Shown one piece after another: positions 1-9,180 of a stretch of DNA of 64,000 bases; positions within the stretch are counted from its first letter, which is position 1; each line of letters opens with the position of its first letter. The DNA lies in NCBI GenBank assembly GCA_963798085.1, contig CAWCRS010000003.1:992001-1056000 (forward strand), in the 5' to 3' direction. A model generated the notes under the pieces. The model was not told the origin of the DNA. It saw only the letters and a list, made by a program, of their open reading frames with translations, and searched no databases. This stretch comes from an uncultured Gemmatimonadales bacterium (GTDB lineage: Bacteria; Gemmatimonadota; Gemmatimonadetes; Longimicrobiales; RSA9). The position numbers were made by a program, and so were the translations under genes.

Positions 1-376
1 GATCTGGATCTGCTGCGGGCACAGCTTCTCCGCCATGGCGTGGATGCCGCGGTACTTGTCCATCGCCTGCGCTTTGGCGCTGTCGTTGCCCGCCGGCGTG
101 CGCGGGCCCTGACCGACATACACGGCGAAGAACGCGACATTCGAGACCGCCCTGGCGCATCTTCGGGATATCCACCTGCCGCCGGTCCATGGACTGGCAG
201 GGATTGGCCTCGGCCGTGCCGAAGTTGCGGGGAATGTCATCGTGCGTGTCCATCGTGATCACACGGCGGTGAATCTCCCTCGCCTTCGCCACCAGGGCCG
301 CATTGTTCTGCGCTACAGCGGGGACGCTGAGGAGCAGCGTCGCGAGCGAAGCGAGCAGCGGAGCACCGATGCGCAT
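1..376 (-). CDS. Membrane dipeptidase (peptidase M19 family), N-terminal part, runs off the window; apparent frameshift near 141
   Basis: Manual translation from ATG 376: signal peptide MRIGAPLLASLATLLLSVPAVAQ, then AREIHRRVITMDTHDD...QVDIPKMRQGGL; continues in a shifted frame as VAFFAVYVGQG. Confidence 0.8.
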   Translation of the reverse strand, partial: MRIGAPLLASLATLLLSVPAVAQNNAALVAKAREIHRRVITMDTHDDIPRNFGTAEANPCQSMDRRQVDIPKMRQGGLECRVLRRVCRSGPAHAGGQRQRQSAGDGQVPRHPRHGGEAVPAADPD

Positions 377-679
377 GGGACCTCCCGAACACTGGGCGCG
401 ATTCGCGGCGGAATGGCCCGGCAAGATTAGGCTGGCGGACGCGGTAGCGGAAGTGCTGCAATGCTCTGCACCGAGGCGTGCGTCGAGCCGGCGGCACGTG
501 GCCGGAGCCGTTGTCACGGAGCCATCGCATCAAAGGCCGGGGTACGAATCGTTGAATTGACACCTGAAGGGCCGGCGAAGCATTTTTCCGGGCGTCCACC
601 CTGCATGCGCGTCCTGCCGACAGGCTTCCCATCCCGGGTTGATGCGTCGTGGCTTTCCCTGCGTGTTGTGGAGGTGTGG

Positions 680-1570
680 GTGAGGGAAGAGGTCCGCCAG
701 ATCCAGGAACTCCTCGAGCGGCAGTCGTACATCGCGGACCCGGCGATTGCGACATCCGTGTGGCTGTCGACCGCACTGGGAAAACCGCTGCTGGTGGAAG
801 GACACGCGGGTGTGGGCAAGACGGAAATCGCGAAGGTGCTGGCGCGCGCGCTCGATGCCGACCTCATCAGATTGCAGTGCTACGAAGGACTGGACGCGGC
901 GGCCGCGCTGTACGAGTGGAATTATGCGCGCCAGATGCTGCACCTCAAGCTGCAGGAGCAGAGCGAGCTGACGGTCGAGCAGCGCGAAGCGTCGATCTTC
1001 TCCGAGTCCTTTCTGCTGAAGCGCCCACTGCTGCAGGCCATCACGCACGAAGGCCGGCCGCCCGTGCTGCTGATCGATGAAGTCGATCGCGCGGACGAGG
1101 AATTCGAGGCCTTCCTGCTCGAGGTGCTGTCCGATTTCCAGGTGACGATTCCGGAGATCGGCACGATTCGCGCGCGGGAACGACCGCGCGTGGTGCTGAC
1201 GTCCAATCGCACGCGCGAACTTTCCGATGCGCTGCGCCGGCGTTGCCTGTTCCTGTGGCTCGACTACCCGACGCTGGAGAAGGAGCTGCGCATTGTGCGC
1301 GCGAAGGTGCCGGGCATTGAGGAGCAGCTGGCGAAGGAGATCACGGCGTTCGTGCAGAGCCTGCGCCGTCTGAGCCTGAGCAAGGTACCGGGCATCGCGG
1401 AAACACTGGATTGGGCGAATGCGCTGGTGTCGCTGCACGCGTCGCACATTGATGAGACGCTGGTGCGTGAAACGCTGGGCTGCCTGCTCAAGGAAGAAGG
1501 CGATGCGCGCCGGCTGGAGAGCGCGCTCGTCGAGCCGGGGCTGACGGTGCTGCTGCAGGCGACGCTGTGA
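680..1570 (+). CDS. coxD: MoxR-family AAA+ ATPase, CoxD-like
   Basis: Walker A GHAGVGKT, RLQCYEGLD, LYEWNY and LLIDEVDRAD motifs; GTG at 680 follows GGAGG. Confidence 0.9.
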   Translation: MREEVRQIQELLERQSYIADPAIATSVWLSTALGKPLLVEGHAGVGKTEIAKVLARALDADLIRLQCYEGLDAAAALYEWNYARQMLHLKLQEQSELTVEQREASIFSESFLLKRPLLQAITHEGRPPVLLIDEVDRADEEFEAFLLEVLSDFQVTIPEIGTIRARERPRVVLTSNRTRELSDALRRRCLFLWLDYPTLEKELRIVRAKVPGIEEQLAKEITAFVQSLRRLSLSKVPGIAETLDWANALVSLHASHIDETLVRETLGCLLKEEGDARRLESALVEPGLTVLLQATL

Positions 1571-1583
1571 GCGGTGGCCGCGC

Positions 1584-2711
1584 GTGACCGGTGCGATGGA
1601 TGCAGGTCAGGATGACCTGGTGACGACAACGATCCGCTTCGGTCGCGCACTGCGCGCGCGGGGCTTCATTGCGTCGCCTGCGGAAACACAGGATGCGGTG
1701 CGCACGCTGGCACTGGTGGATCTGCGTGACCGCGGCGAATTGCGGCTGGCACTGCGTGCGCTGCTCGCGCTGCGGCCCGAGGAGTATCCGGTTTTCGATG
1801 AGCTTTTCCCGCGGTTCTTCGGCGGGGGTGTGCCGGCAGGTGAAGGCGCGAACCCTTCGCAGCGCGGCAAGCCGCAGACGGTGCCCGCACCGGCGCTCGA
1901 GCGCTGGGTGGACCCCGGCACGTACGAAACGGCGGGCGAAGTGAAGCTGGCCTCGTACAGCTCGGAGGAAGCGCGTGGTGTCCGGGACCTCGCACGTTAC
2001 GCGGGCGAGGATGCGGACGAGCTCCGGCGGGTGGCGAGGCAGATGGCAAGGCGACTCGCCACGCGGCGCAGCCGGCGGTGGCGGCCGGCACGACGCGGTC
2101 CGAGAGTGCACGCGCAGCGCACCATGCGCGCGGCACTGCGCGCGGGCGGCACGCCCATTGAGCTGACGTGGCGCCGGCGCCGCATCCGCAAGACGCGGCT
2201 GGTGGTGCTCTGCGATGTTTCCGGATCGATGGAAGTGTATGCACGCTTCCTGCTGCAGTTCCTGTATGCGATGCAGGATGCGTTCGCACGGGTGGAGACG
2301 TTCGTGTTCAGCACGCGACTGGCCAGGGTGACGGACCGCCTGCGAACACGCACGTTCGCAGAGGCATTGCGCGGCCTGTCCGCGGATGCGGGCGGGTTTG
2401 CGGGCGGTACGCGCATTGGCGCTAGCCTGGCCGCGTTCGAGGCGGAGCACGGGCGGCTCGTGAATCGCGACACCGTAGTGGTGATACTGAGTGACGGCTG
2501 GGATACGGGCGAACCGGAACTGCTCGCGGCGGCCATGCGGGGGATCCACCGTCGTGCCGGGAAGGTAATCTGGCTCAATCCGCTGCTGGGCAATCCCGCG
2601 TATCAGCCGCTCACGCGCGGCATGCAGGCGGCATTGCCGCACGTTGACGTCTTCGCACCAGCGCATGACCTGGCGAGTCTGCGCGCGCTGGTGCGGCATC
2701 TCGAGGTGTGA
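1584..2711 (+). CDS. coxE: VWA-domain CoxE-like protein
   Basis: CDVSGSM, FSTRL, GGTRIG, ILSDGWD and WLNPL motifs; directly follows the MoxR ATPase. Confidence 0.9.
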   Translation: MTGAMDAGQDDLVTTTIRFGRALRARGFIASPAETQDAVRTLALVDLRDRGELRLALRALLALRPEEYPVFDELFPRFFGGGVPAGEGANPSQRGKPQTVPAPALERWVDPGTYETAGEVKLASYSSEEARGVRDLARYAGEDADELRRVARQMARRLATRRSRRWRPARRGPRVHAQRTMRAALRAGGTPIELTWRRRRIRKTRLVVLCDVSGSMEVYARFLLQFLYAMQDAFARVETFVFSTRLARVTDRLRTRTFAEALRGLSADAGGFAGGTRIGASLAAFEAEHGRLVNRDTVVVILSDGWDTGEPELLAAAMRGIHRRAGKVIWLNPLLGNPAYQPLTRGMQAALPHVDVFAPAHDLASLRALVRHLEV

Positions 2712-3841
2712 CGCAGAAAATGACAGACGCATTCGATGATCTGGACCGCATCCGGCGGAGCGAGCGGCGCGCGGCTCTGGCCACACTGGTGGCGACACGT
2801 GGCACATCGCCGCGCAAGGAAGGCGCGCGCATGTGGGTGGGCGAAGGTGGGTCCATCCTGGGTAATGTGACGATTGGCGGTTGTGTGGACGCGGAGGTCG
2901 TGCGTGTGGCGGAAGACGTGCTGCGCGCATTGTCGCCCGCCTTGCTTTCGCTCGAGCTGGGCGATGACGACGCGCACGAGCTGGGGCTGACGTGCGCGGG
3001 CGAGGTGGATGTCCTGGTGCAGCAGCTGAACCTGGCCGGCGATGACCCGCTGCTGGAAGCGTGGGACCGCATCCGCGCGCACACGACGCGCGGCGGACGC
3101 GCCGTGATGATCACGCTGCTGCCCGACGGGTCACTGCGCACGCCGGAACGCGGTGCAGGCGTGCTGGTGGTGCAGGATGACGGTGCGCGCTGGGGCACGC
3201 TGGGCAGCGCCGCCCTGGACGCGGCGGCCGTACCCATGGCGGAGGAGCGGCTGGCGCGCGGCGGCGCGCGCACGCTGCAGATCCAGCACGCGGGCCGGTC
3301 ACTGGATGCGTATTTCGAGGTGTACGGCCGCGGGCCATCGCTGGTCATTGTGGGCGCCGGCGCGATCACTGCGCCTCTCGCGACCATGGCCAGGCTGCTG
3401 GGCTACCACGTGACAGTCGTGGACGCACGCGAGCGCTTCGCGGGTCACGAGCGCGTGCCCGATGCGGATGAGATGAAGGTGGGCATGCCCTCGGACATCG
3501 TCGGCGAGATGGAGTTCGATGCGTCCTCGGCCATCGTGCTGGTGGCGCACGACTACAAGTTCGACATCCCGGTGCTGCGCGCGGTACTGGGAACCGATGT
3601 CGGCTACATTGGCATGCTGGGCAGTCGCAAGCGATCGGGCACGATCCTGCAGATGCTCGAAGAAGAGGGCGCAGCAGCCGCCTCGCTGGCGCGCGTGCGC
3701 ACGCCCATCGGCCTGGACATCGGCAGTCAGAGCGCGGCGGAGATCGCGCTCAGCATTCTGGCGGAACTGGTGGCGGTGCGGAACGGCCGGAGCGGCGGTT
3801 CCATGCGCGCGCGCAACGACGCGCGCAGCGCCGGCGCCTGA
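2708..3841 (+). CDS. xdhC: XdhC/CoxF-CoxI family molybdenum-cofactor insertion chaperone
   Basis: GTSPRKEGARM, IGGCVD, GLTCAG, YIGMLGSRKR and PIGLDIG...AEIALSILAE motifs. Confidence 0.9.
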   Translation: MTQKMTDAFDDLDRIRRSERRAALATLVATRGTSPRKEGARMWVGEGGSILGNVTIGGCVDAEVVRVAEDVLRALSPALLSLELGDDDAHELGLTCAGEVDVLVQQLNLAGDDPLLEAWDRIRAHTTRGGRAVMITLLPDGSLRTPERGAGVLVVQDDGARWGTLGSAALDAAAVPMAEERLARGGARTLQIQHAGRSLDAYFEVYGRGPSLVIVGAGAITAPLATMARLLGYHVTVVDARERFAGHERVPDADEMKVGMPSDIVGEMEFDASSAIVLVAHDYKFDIPVLRAVLGTDVGYIGMLGSRKRSGTILQMLEEEGAAAASLARVRTPIGLDIGSQSAAEIALSILAELVAVRNGRSGGSMRARNDARSAGA

Positions 3842-3857
3842 ACTGCCGCCCGGTCCC

Positions 3858-4226
3858 ATGTACAGTGCCATCATCCTCGAACATTTCCGCCATCCGCGGA
3901 ACCGCGGCGAGCTGCCGGGCGCGGACCTGTCCGGCGAGGCGCACAATCCGCTGTGCGGCGACCGGCTGCGGCTGGCGCTGCGCCTGGAGAACGGTGTCAT
4001 ACGGGAAGCGCGCTTCCACGCGGATGCCTGCGCGATCTGCACGGCGGCGGCATCGCTGCTGACAGAGCGCATCAGCGGGCTCGCTCCGGCAGCGGCTGCG
4101 GACCTGGCGGAAGCCGAGCTGATCAACGCACTGGATGCCGAGATCCGACCCGAGCGCCGCCGCTGCGCCACGCTGCCGCTGGAGGCGCTGCGCGCGGCCG
4201 TGGAGGCCGGTGGCACGAGTCATTGA
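3858..4226 (+). CDS. IscU/SufU-like Fe-S or sulfur-transfer scaffold protein
   Basis: MYSAIILEHFRHPRNRG...NPLCGD...ACAICTAAAS...RRRCATLP, with the conserved cysteines. Confidence 0.85.
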   Translation: MYSAIILEHFRHPRNRGELPGADLSGEAHNPLCGDRLRLALRLENGVIREARFHADACAICTAAASLLTERISGLAPAAAADLAEAELINALDAEIRPERRRCATLPLEALRAAVEAGGTSH

Positions 4227-4272
4227 CACGTCGATCTGCGAGAACCCGCATCCCTCAAACAGGAGGTTAGTG

Positions 4273-5059
4273 ATGTCCGATCCCAAGGCAAGAGGCCGCT
4301 TCGTGTGGTACGACCTGCTCACGTCCGACCCCGAGGCGGCGATCCGGTTCTACACGACGGTGGTGGGCTGGGGCACGACGAAGTGGGATGGCGGCGGCGG
4401 CCAGGAATACACCATGTGGACCAACGGCGAGAGTCCGCTGGGCGGGGTGATGCCCATGCCGCCCAATGTCGCCGCAACGGGCGCGCCCCCGCACTGGATC
4501 GCATACATTCGGCACGCCGGACACGGATGCCACGGCGAAGCAGGCGCGGGCGCTGGGCGGCCAGGTGCTCTCGCCGCCCATGGACATTCCCACCGTGGGC
4601 CGCTGGGCCGTACTGTCGGATCCGCAGGGTGCAATGTTCGCCGCGTTCACGTCGGTGGGCGATGCGCCCGGTCACGATGGCGCGCCCGGGCCGGGCGAAT
4701 TCTCCTGGCACGAGCTGGCAACGACGGACGCCGACGCCGCGTTCGACTTCTACCAGCAGCTGTTCGGCTGGGAGAAGACCGACGCGATGGACATGGGTCC
4801 GGACGGCATGTATCAGATGTACGGTCGCAACGGCCTGACCGTCGGCGGCATGTTCCGCAAGCCGGCGCAAATGCCGGGCCCGCCCTCCTGGCTGCATTAC
4901 GCCCTGGTGGATGACGTGCACGCGCGCGTGGAGACCGTGAAGCAGCTGAACGGCCAGGTGCTGAACGGCCCCATGGAGGTGCCGGGTGGCGACTGGATCG
5001 CGCAGCTCATGGATCCGCAGGGCGCGATGTTCGCGATTCACTCGAAGGCGAAGAAGTAG
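4273..5059 (+). CDS. Two-domain VOC/glyoxalase family protein; frameshift near 4510, probably a sequencing error
   Basis: GRFVWYDLLTSDP...PHWIAYI, then a shifted frame GTPD...DPQGA...GEFSWHELAT...DPQGAMFAIH; AGGAGG precedes the ATG. Confidence 0.85.
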
Positions 5060-5113
5060 CAGGTGTACTAACACACAGATTTAGCAGCTGGTCGCGCACC
5101 CGCGCGGCCGCAC

Positions 5114-5148
5114 TGGAGCCCGCGGCGCTCACGCGCGCGCGGGCTCCA
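5114..5148. terminator. GC-rich hairpin after the VOC gene, possible terminator
   Basis: TGGAGCCCGCG...CGCGGGCTCCA inverted repeat; no clear U-tract. Confidence 0.35.
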
Positions 5149-5298
5149 CTGCATCGTCCCGCCATGTTTCTCCCTACACGTGCCCGGCAATTCGCTTACA
5201 GGCGGGCGGGGCATTTTCCTCCACGCGGGTAGTAGCGCGCCCCACGCTGGCAGCGGCAAAGGGCTGATTATGGTGGCGTGCTGAAATCCCATATTTAC

Positions 5299-5313
5299 AT
5301 GTGAGTTTCACAT
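5299..5313. promoter_or_regulatory. Palindromic operator candidate upstream of the Rrf2/nos cluster
   Basis: ATGTGA-GTT-TCACAT inside an AT-rich patch, 15 nt before the Rrf2 start codon. Confidence 0.5.
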
Positions 5314-5328
5314 TTTGCGGAGCAGGAG

Positions 5329-5838
5329 ATGCTGTCACGGACTGGTGAACACGCACTGCGCGCCGTGCTGTACCTGGCGAGGCTGCCCGAGGGAAGCAGT
5401 CTGGCGGCGGCGGAGATTGCCGACGCACTCGGGCTGCCGCGCAACTACCTGTCGAAGACGCTGCACCGGCTGACGCGCATTGGCGTGCTGGTTTCGGAGC
5501 GCGGCCGCAACGGCGGCTTCCGCCTGGGCCGGTCTGCTGCCTCGCTGCCGGTGTCCACAGTGATCGGCGAATTCGAGACCACGATCACGACCGGCGGCCG
5601 CTGCATGCTGGGCGATCGTCCGTGCGACCCGCAGTCTCCCTGTGTGGCGCACGAACGCTGGACAACGCTGACCGGCCAGCTGCTGCGCCTCCTCTCCGAC
5701 ACGACCGTCGCCGGTCTGCTGGGCGCCACGGAAGCGGCGCCTGCAACTGGCCCTGTGACGCGCGGGCACACCAGACGAGCGGGCAAGCCGGCCACGGCCG
5801 GCGCTGGCGCCACGCAATCCTCGAACACGCTGTTATAG
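5329..5838 (+). CDS. Rrf2-family transcriptional regulator, probably Fe-S binding
   Basis: MLSRTGEHALRAVLYLA, YLSKTL, SERGRNGGFRL, and a Cys/His cluster CMLGDRPCDPQSPCVAHERW. Confidence 0.9.
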   Translation: MLSRTGEHALRAVLYLARLPEGSSLAAAEIADALGLPRNYLSKTLHRLTRIGVLVSERGRNGGFRLGRSAASLPVSTVIGEFETTITTGGRCMLGDRPCDPQSPCVAHERWTTLTGQLLRLLSDTTVAGLLGATEAAPATGPVTRGHTRRAGKPATAGAGATQSSNTLL

Positions 5839-5846
5839 ATCAGGAG

Positions 5847-6356
5847 ATGCGTTCCATGACTGGCAGGCAATGGACGGTATGGGTGGGCACGGGACTGGTA
5901 CTGGGCGGAGCGCTGGCGTGCGGCGGTTCACAGAAGGCGCCCGCCACGAACACTGCGGCCTCGCCGCCCGCGGCCGGCGCCACGCTGACGCCGGAGCAGA
6001 TGGAGCACGGCGTAGGCCCGATCACCCATGTGGATCTGGGAACTCTGGATCACGCGCTGGCCGAGAAGGGCCACAACGTGTTCAGCCTGAAGTGCGCGGC
6101 TTGCCACAAGATGGACCAGCGCTACGTGGGCCCGCCCCTGGGCCAGGTGCTGGAGCGGCGCAAGCCGGAGTACGTGATGAACATGATCCTCAATCCCGCG
6201 GAAATGACGGAAAAGCATCCGGCTGCGAAGGAGTTGCTCGCGCAGTTCATGACGCAGATGCCGAATCAGCAGCTGACGCCGGATGACGCGCGCGCAGTGC
6301 TCGAGTATCTGCGTTCGCAGCAGATCCCGGGCAAGCAGGACACGAATGACAGGTAG
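5847..6356 (+). CDS. Lipoprotein monoheme cytochrome c associated with nosZ
   Basis: Lipobox ALAC, CAACH heme motif, VGPPL and MTQMPNQ; AGGAG precedes the ATG. Confidence 0.9.
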   Translation: MRSMTGRQWTVWVGTGLVLGGALACGGSQKAPATNTAASPPAAGATLTPEQMEHGVGPITHVDLGTLDHALAEKGHNVFSLKCAACHKMDQRYVGPPLGQVLERRKPEYVMNMILNPAEMTEKHPAAKELLAQFMTQMPNQQLTPDDARAVLEYLRSQQIPGKQDTNDR

Positions 6357-6427
6357 TCGGACCCGGCCGTAACCCGGGGAACTCACGCGTCGCAACGTGG
6401 CGGCGATGCACGATCTGGAGAAACGCG

Positions 6428-8420
6428 ATGAAACGGACGACGAGCCTGGTTCTGGCGGTGGGCGCAGCGGCTGCGGCCGGCGCAATCGCCTGGGCGTGTC
6501 AGTCGGGAGGCGGAGCGCAGGGCTCCGTCGGATGCGGATGCAGCGAAGGCCGTGTACGTGCCACCCGGCCAGTACGATGAGTTCTACACCTTCTTCTCGG
6601 GCGGCTTCAGCGGCAATCTCACCGTGTACGGACTGCCTTCAGGGCGGCTGCTGCGCACGATTCCGGTATTCTCGCAGTACGCCGAGAACGGCTACGGCTA
6701 TTCGGAGGAGACGAAGGCCATGTTGAGTACGTCCTTCGGCCAGATCCCGTGGGACGACGCGCACCATCCGGAACTGTCGCAGACGGACGGCGTCCCGGAT
6801 GGCCGCTGGATCTTCATCAATGGCAACAACACGCCGCGCATCGCGCGCATCGACCTGACGCGCTTCGAGACGGAAGAGATCCTGCAGATCCCCAATTCGG
6901 CGGGCAACCACGGTTCGCCGTTCATCACTCCTAACAGCGAGTATGTCATTGCGGCGACACGCTTCAGCGTGCCCATTCCCAACCGCGATGTGTCCATCGA
7001 CGACTATCAGAGCCAGTTCAAGGGCACACTTACGTTCGTGCGTGCGAACGAGCCGGGAAAGATGTCGATCGCGTTCCAGATCCTGGTGCCGGGTTTCGAT
7101 TACGACCTGTCGCATGCGGGCAAGGGACCGTCCAATGGCTGGGCCTTCTTCACCTCGTACAACACCGAGCAGGCGCACTCGCTGCTCGAAGTCAACGCCT
7201 CGCAGAAGGACAAGGACTTCATTGCGGCGGTGAACTGGAAGCGCGCGGAGGAGTGCGTGGCGCAGGGCAAGGGCCGGCAGATGCCCGCCGACTATGCCCA
7301 CAACACACTGGGCCAGGACCGCATTGCGCACAGTGAGAAGCTGACCAGCGTGACCGTGCTGGAGGTGGGCGCCTGCTCCGACATGATGTACTTCCTGCCC
7401 ACACCCAAGTCACCGCACGGCGTCAATGTGGATCCCACGGGCGAGTACATCGTGGGCGGTGGCAAACTGGCCACGGTCATACCGGTGCACTCCTTCAGCA
7501 AGATGATCAAGGCCATCGCGAACAAGGATTTCGAGACCACGGTCAATGGCATTCCGGTGCTGAAGTACGAGTCGGTGATGGCGGGCGAAGTGCAGAATCC
7601 GGGACTGGGACCCCTGCACACGGAGTTCGACGGCAAGGGTTACGCGTACACCACCGCGTTCATCTCGTCGGAGATCGTGAAGTGGAAGCTGGGCACGTGG
7701 GAAGTCGTCGACCGGATTCCGGTCTATTACTCGGTGGGCCACCTGATGATTCCGGGTGGTGACAGCCGCCAGCCCGCGGGCAAGTACCTGGTCGCGCTCA
7801 ACAAGATCACCAAGGACCGCTATCTGCCCACCGGTCCGGAACTGGCGCAGGCCGCCCAGCTGATCGACATCAGCGGCGACAAGATGCGGCTGCTCCTCGA
7901 CTTTCCCACCATGGGCGAACCGCACTATGCACAGGGTATCGCGGCCAGTCTGATCAAGGACCGGCAGCTCAAGGTCTACGCGCTCGAGGACAACAAGAAC
8001 CCGGCGGTCACGCTGGGCGAGGATCGCGCGCACGTCGAGCGCAAAGGCAATGAAGTGCACGTCTACATGACGGCGATCCGCTCGCACTTCAATCCGGACA
8101 ACATCGAAGGCATCAAGGTCGGTGACGTTGTCTACTTCCATGTTACGAACCTCGAGCAGGACTGGGATGTGCCGCACGGCTTCGCGGCCATGGGCGCGCA
8201 GAACGCGGAGCTGCTGATCATGCCGGGTGAGACGCGCACGCTGCGCTGGGAGCCGAAGGCGCCGGGTGTGTATCCCTTCTACTGCACTGATTTCTGCTCG
8301 GCACTGCACCAGGAAATGCAGGGCTACGCGCGGGTCTCGGCCGCGGGGTCGAATGTGGCGCTACGCTGGGGCACGGGTGGCAGCTGGACGACCAGCGCGT
8401 CCGTGGCAGGCGGCAACTGA
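6428..8420 (+). CDS. nosZ: Clade II (Sec/lipoprotein-type) nitrous-oxide reductase; frameshift near 6528 after the signal peptide
   Basis: DAHH, GNHG, SPHG, GPLH and EPH CuZ histidine motifs; CuA motif CTDFCSALHQEM; leader MKRTTSLVLAVG...AWAC from ATG 6428 lies in another frame and has no twin-arginine. Confidence 0.95.
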
Positions 8421-8514
8421 CGTTCGAGGGGCGATGTCGTCACACACGACATCGCCCCTCCCGGTTTCCGGCGGCGTGAGCCGCCCACGTTCCCATGAGG
8501 ACAGAGAAAAGACG

Positions 8515-9180
8515 ATGAGGACCGGTTCGAGATGGTTGGCAGGCATCAGCGCGCTGGCTCTGGCGCTGGCTTTCGTGCTGCCCCTGTGGAGCATACGGCT
8601 GAAGGCGCCGCAGTATCCCGAAGGCCTGGGCATGCACATCCGCGTGAACAACATCACCGGTGTCCGACCGAACGACCTGCGCAGCATCAACGGCCTCAAT
8701 CACTACATCGGCATGGCGAAGATCGAACCCGGCTCGATTGCGGAGCTGCGCTACATGCCGTGGATCCTGGGCGGACTGATTGCGCTCGGCCTGATGGCGG
8801 CAATCAGCGGCAAACGGGCCGTGCTCGCGGGCTGGGCGGCGACATTCATGATCGCAGCTGCGCTCGGCCTCGCCGACTTCTACCGCTGGGGCTACGACTA
8901 CGGGCATCACCTGAATCCGGAAGCGGCCATCAAGATCCCCGGCATGGCGTATCAGCCGCCACTCATCGGGTCGAAGAAAATCCTCAACTTCACGGCCAAC
9001 TCGTGGCCCGCGAGCGGCGGCTGGATCATGATCGCGGCATTCCTGACCATCCTCGCTCTTGTGGCGTTCGAGCTGCGTGCACGCGCGCAGCGGCAAACTG
9101 CGCACGTGGGCGATCCGCCGGTGGAGCCCTCCGGCGCATCGCTACGGCGTGGTGCGCCAGGCGCGACAGTCGGGCATTGA
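8515..9180 (+). CDS. nosB: NosB-like membrane protein of clade II nos clusters
   Basis: LPLWSIRLKAPQYPEGL, INGLNHYIGM, YGHHLNP and YQPPLIG motifs; about 4 transmembrane segments; directly after nosZ. Confidence 0.75.
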   Translation: MRTGSRWLAGISALALALAFVLPLWSIRLKAPQYPEGLGMHIRVNNITGVRPNDLRSINGLNHYIGMAKIEPGSIAELRYMPWILGGLIALGLMAAISGKRAVLAGWAATFMIAAALGLADFYRWGYDYGHHLNPEAAIKIPGMAYQPPLIGSKKILNFTANSWPASGGWIMIAAFLTILALVAFELRARAQRQTAHVGDPPVEPSGASLRRGAPGATVGH

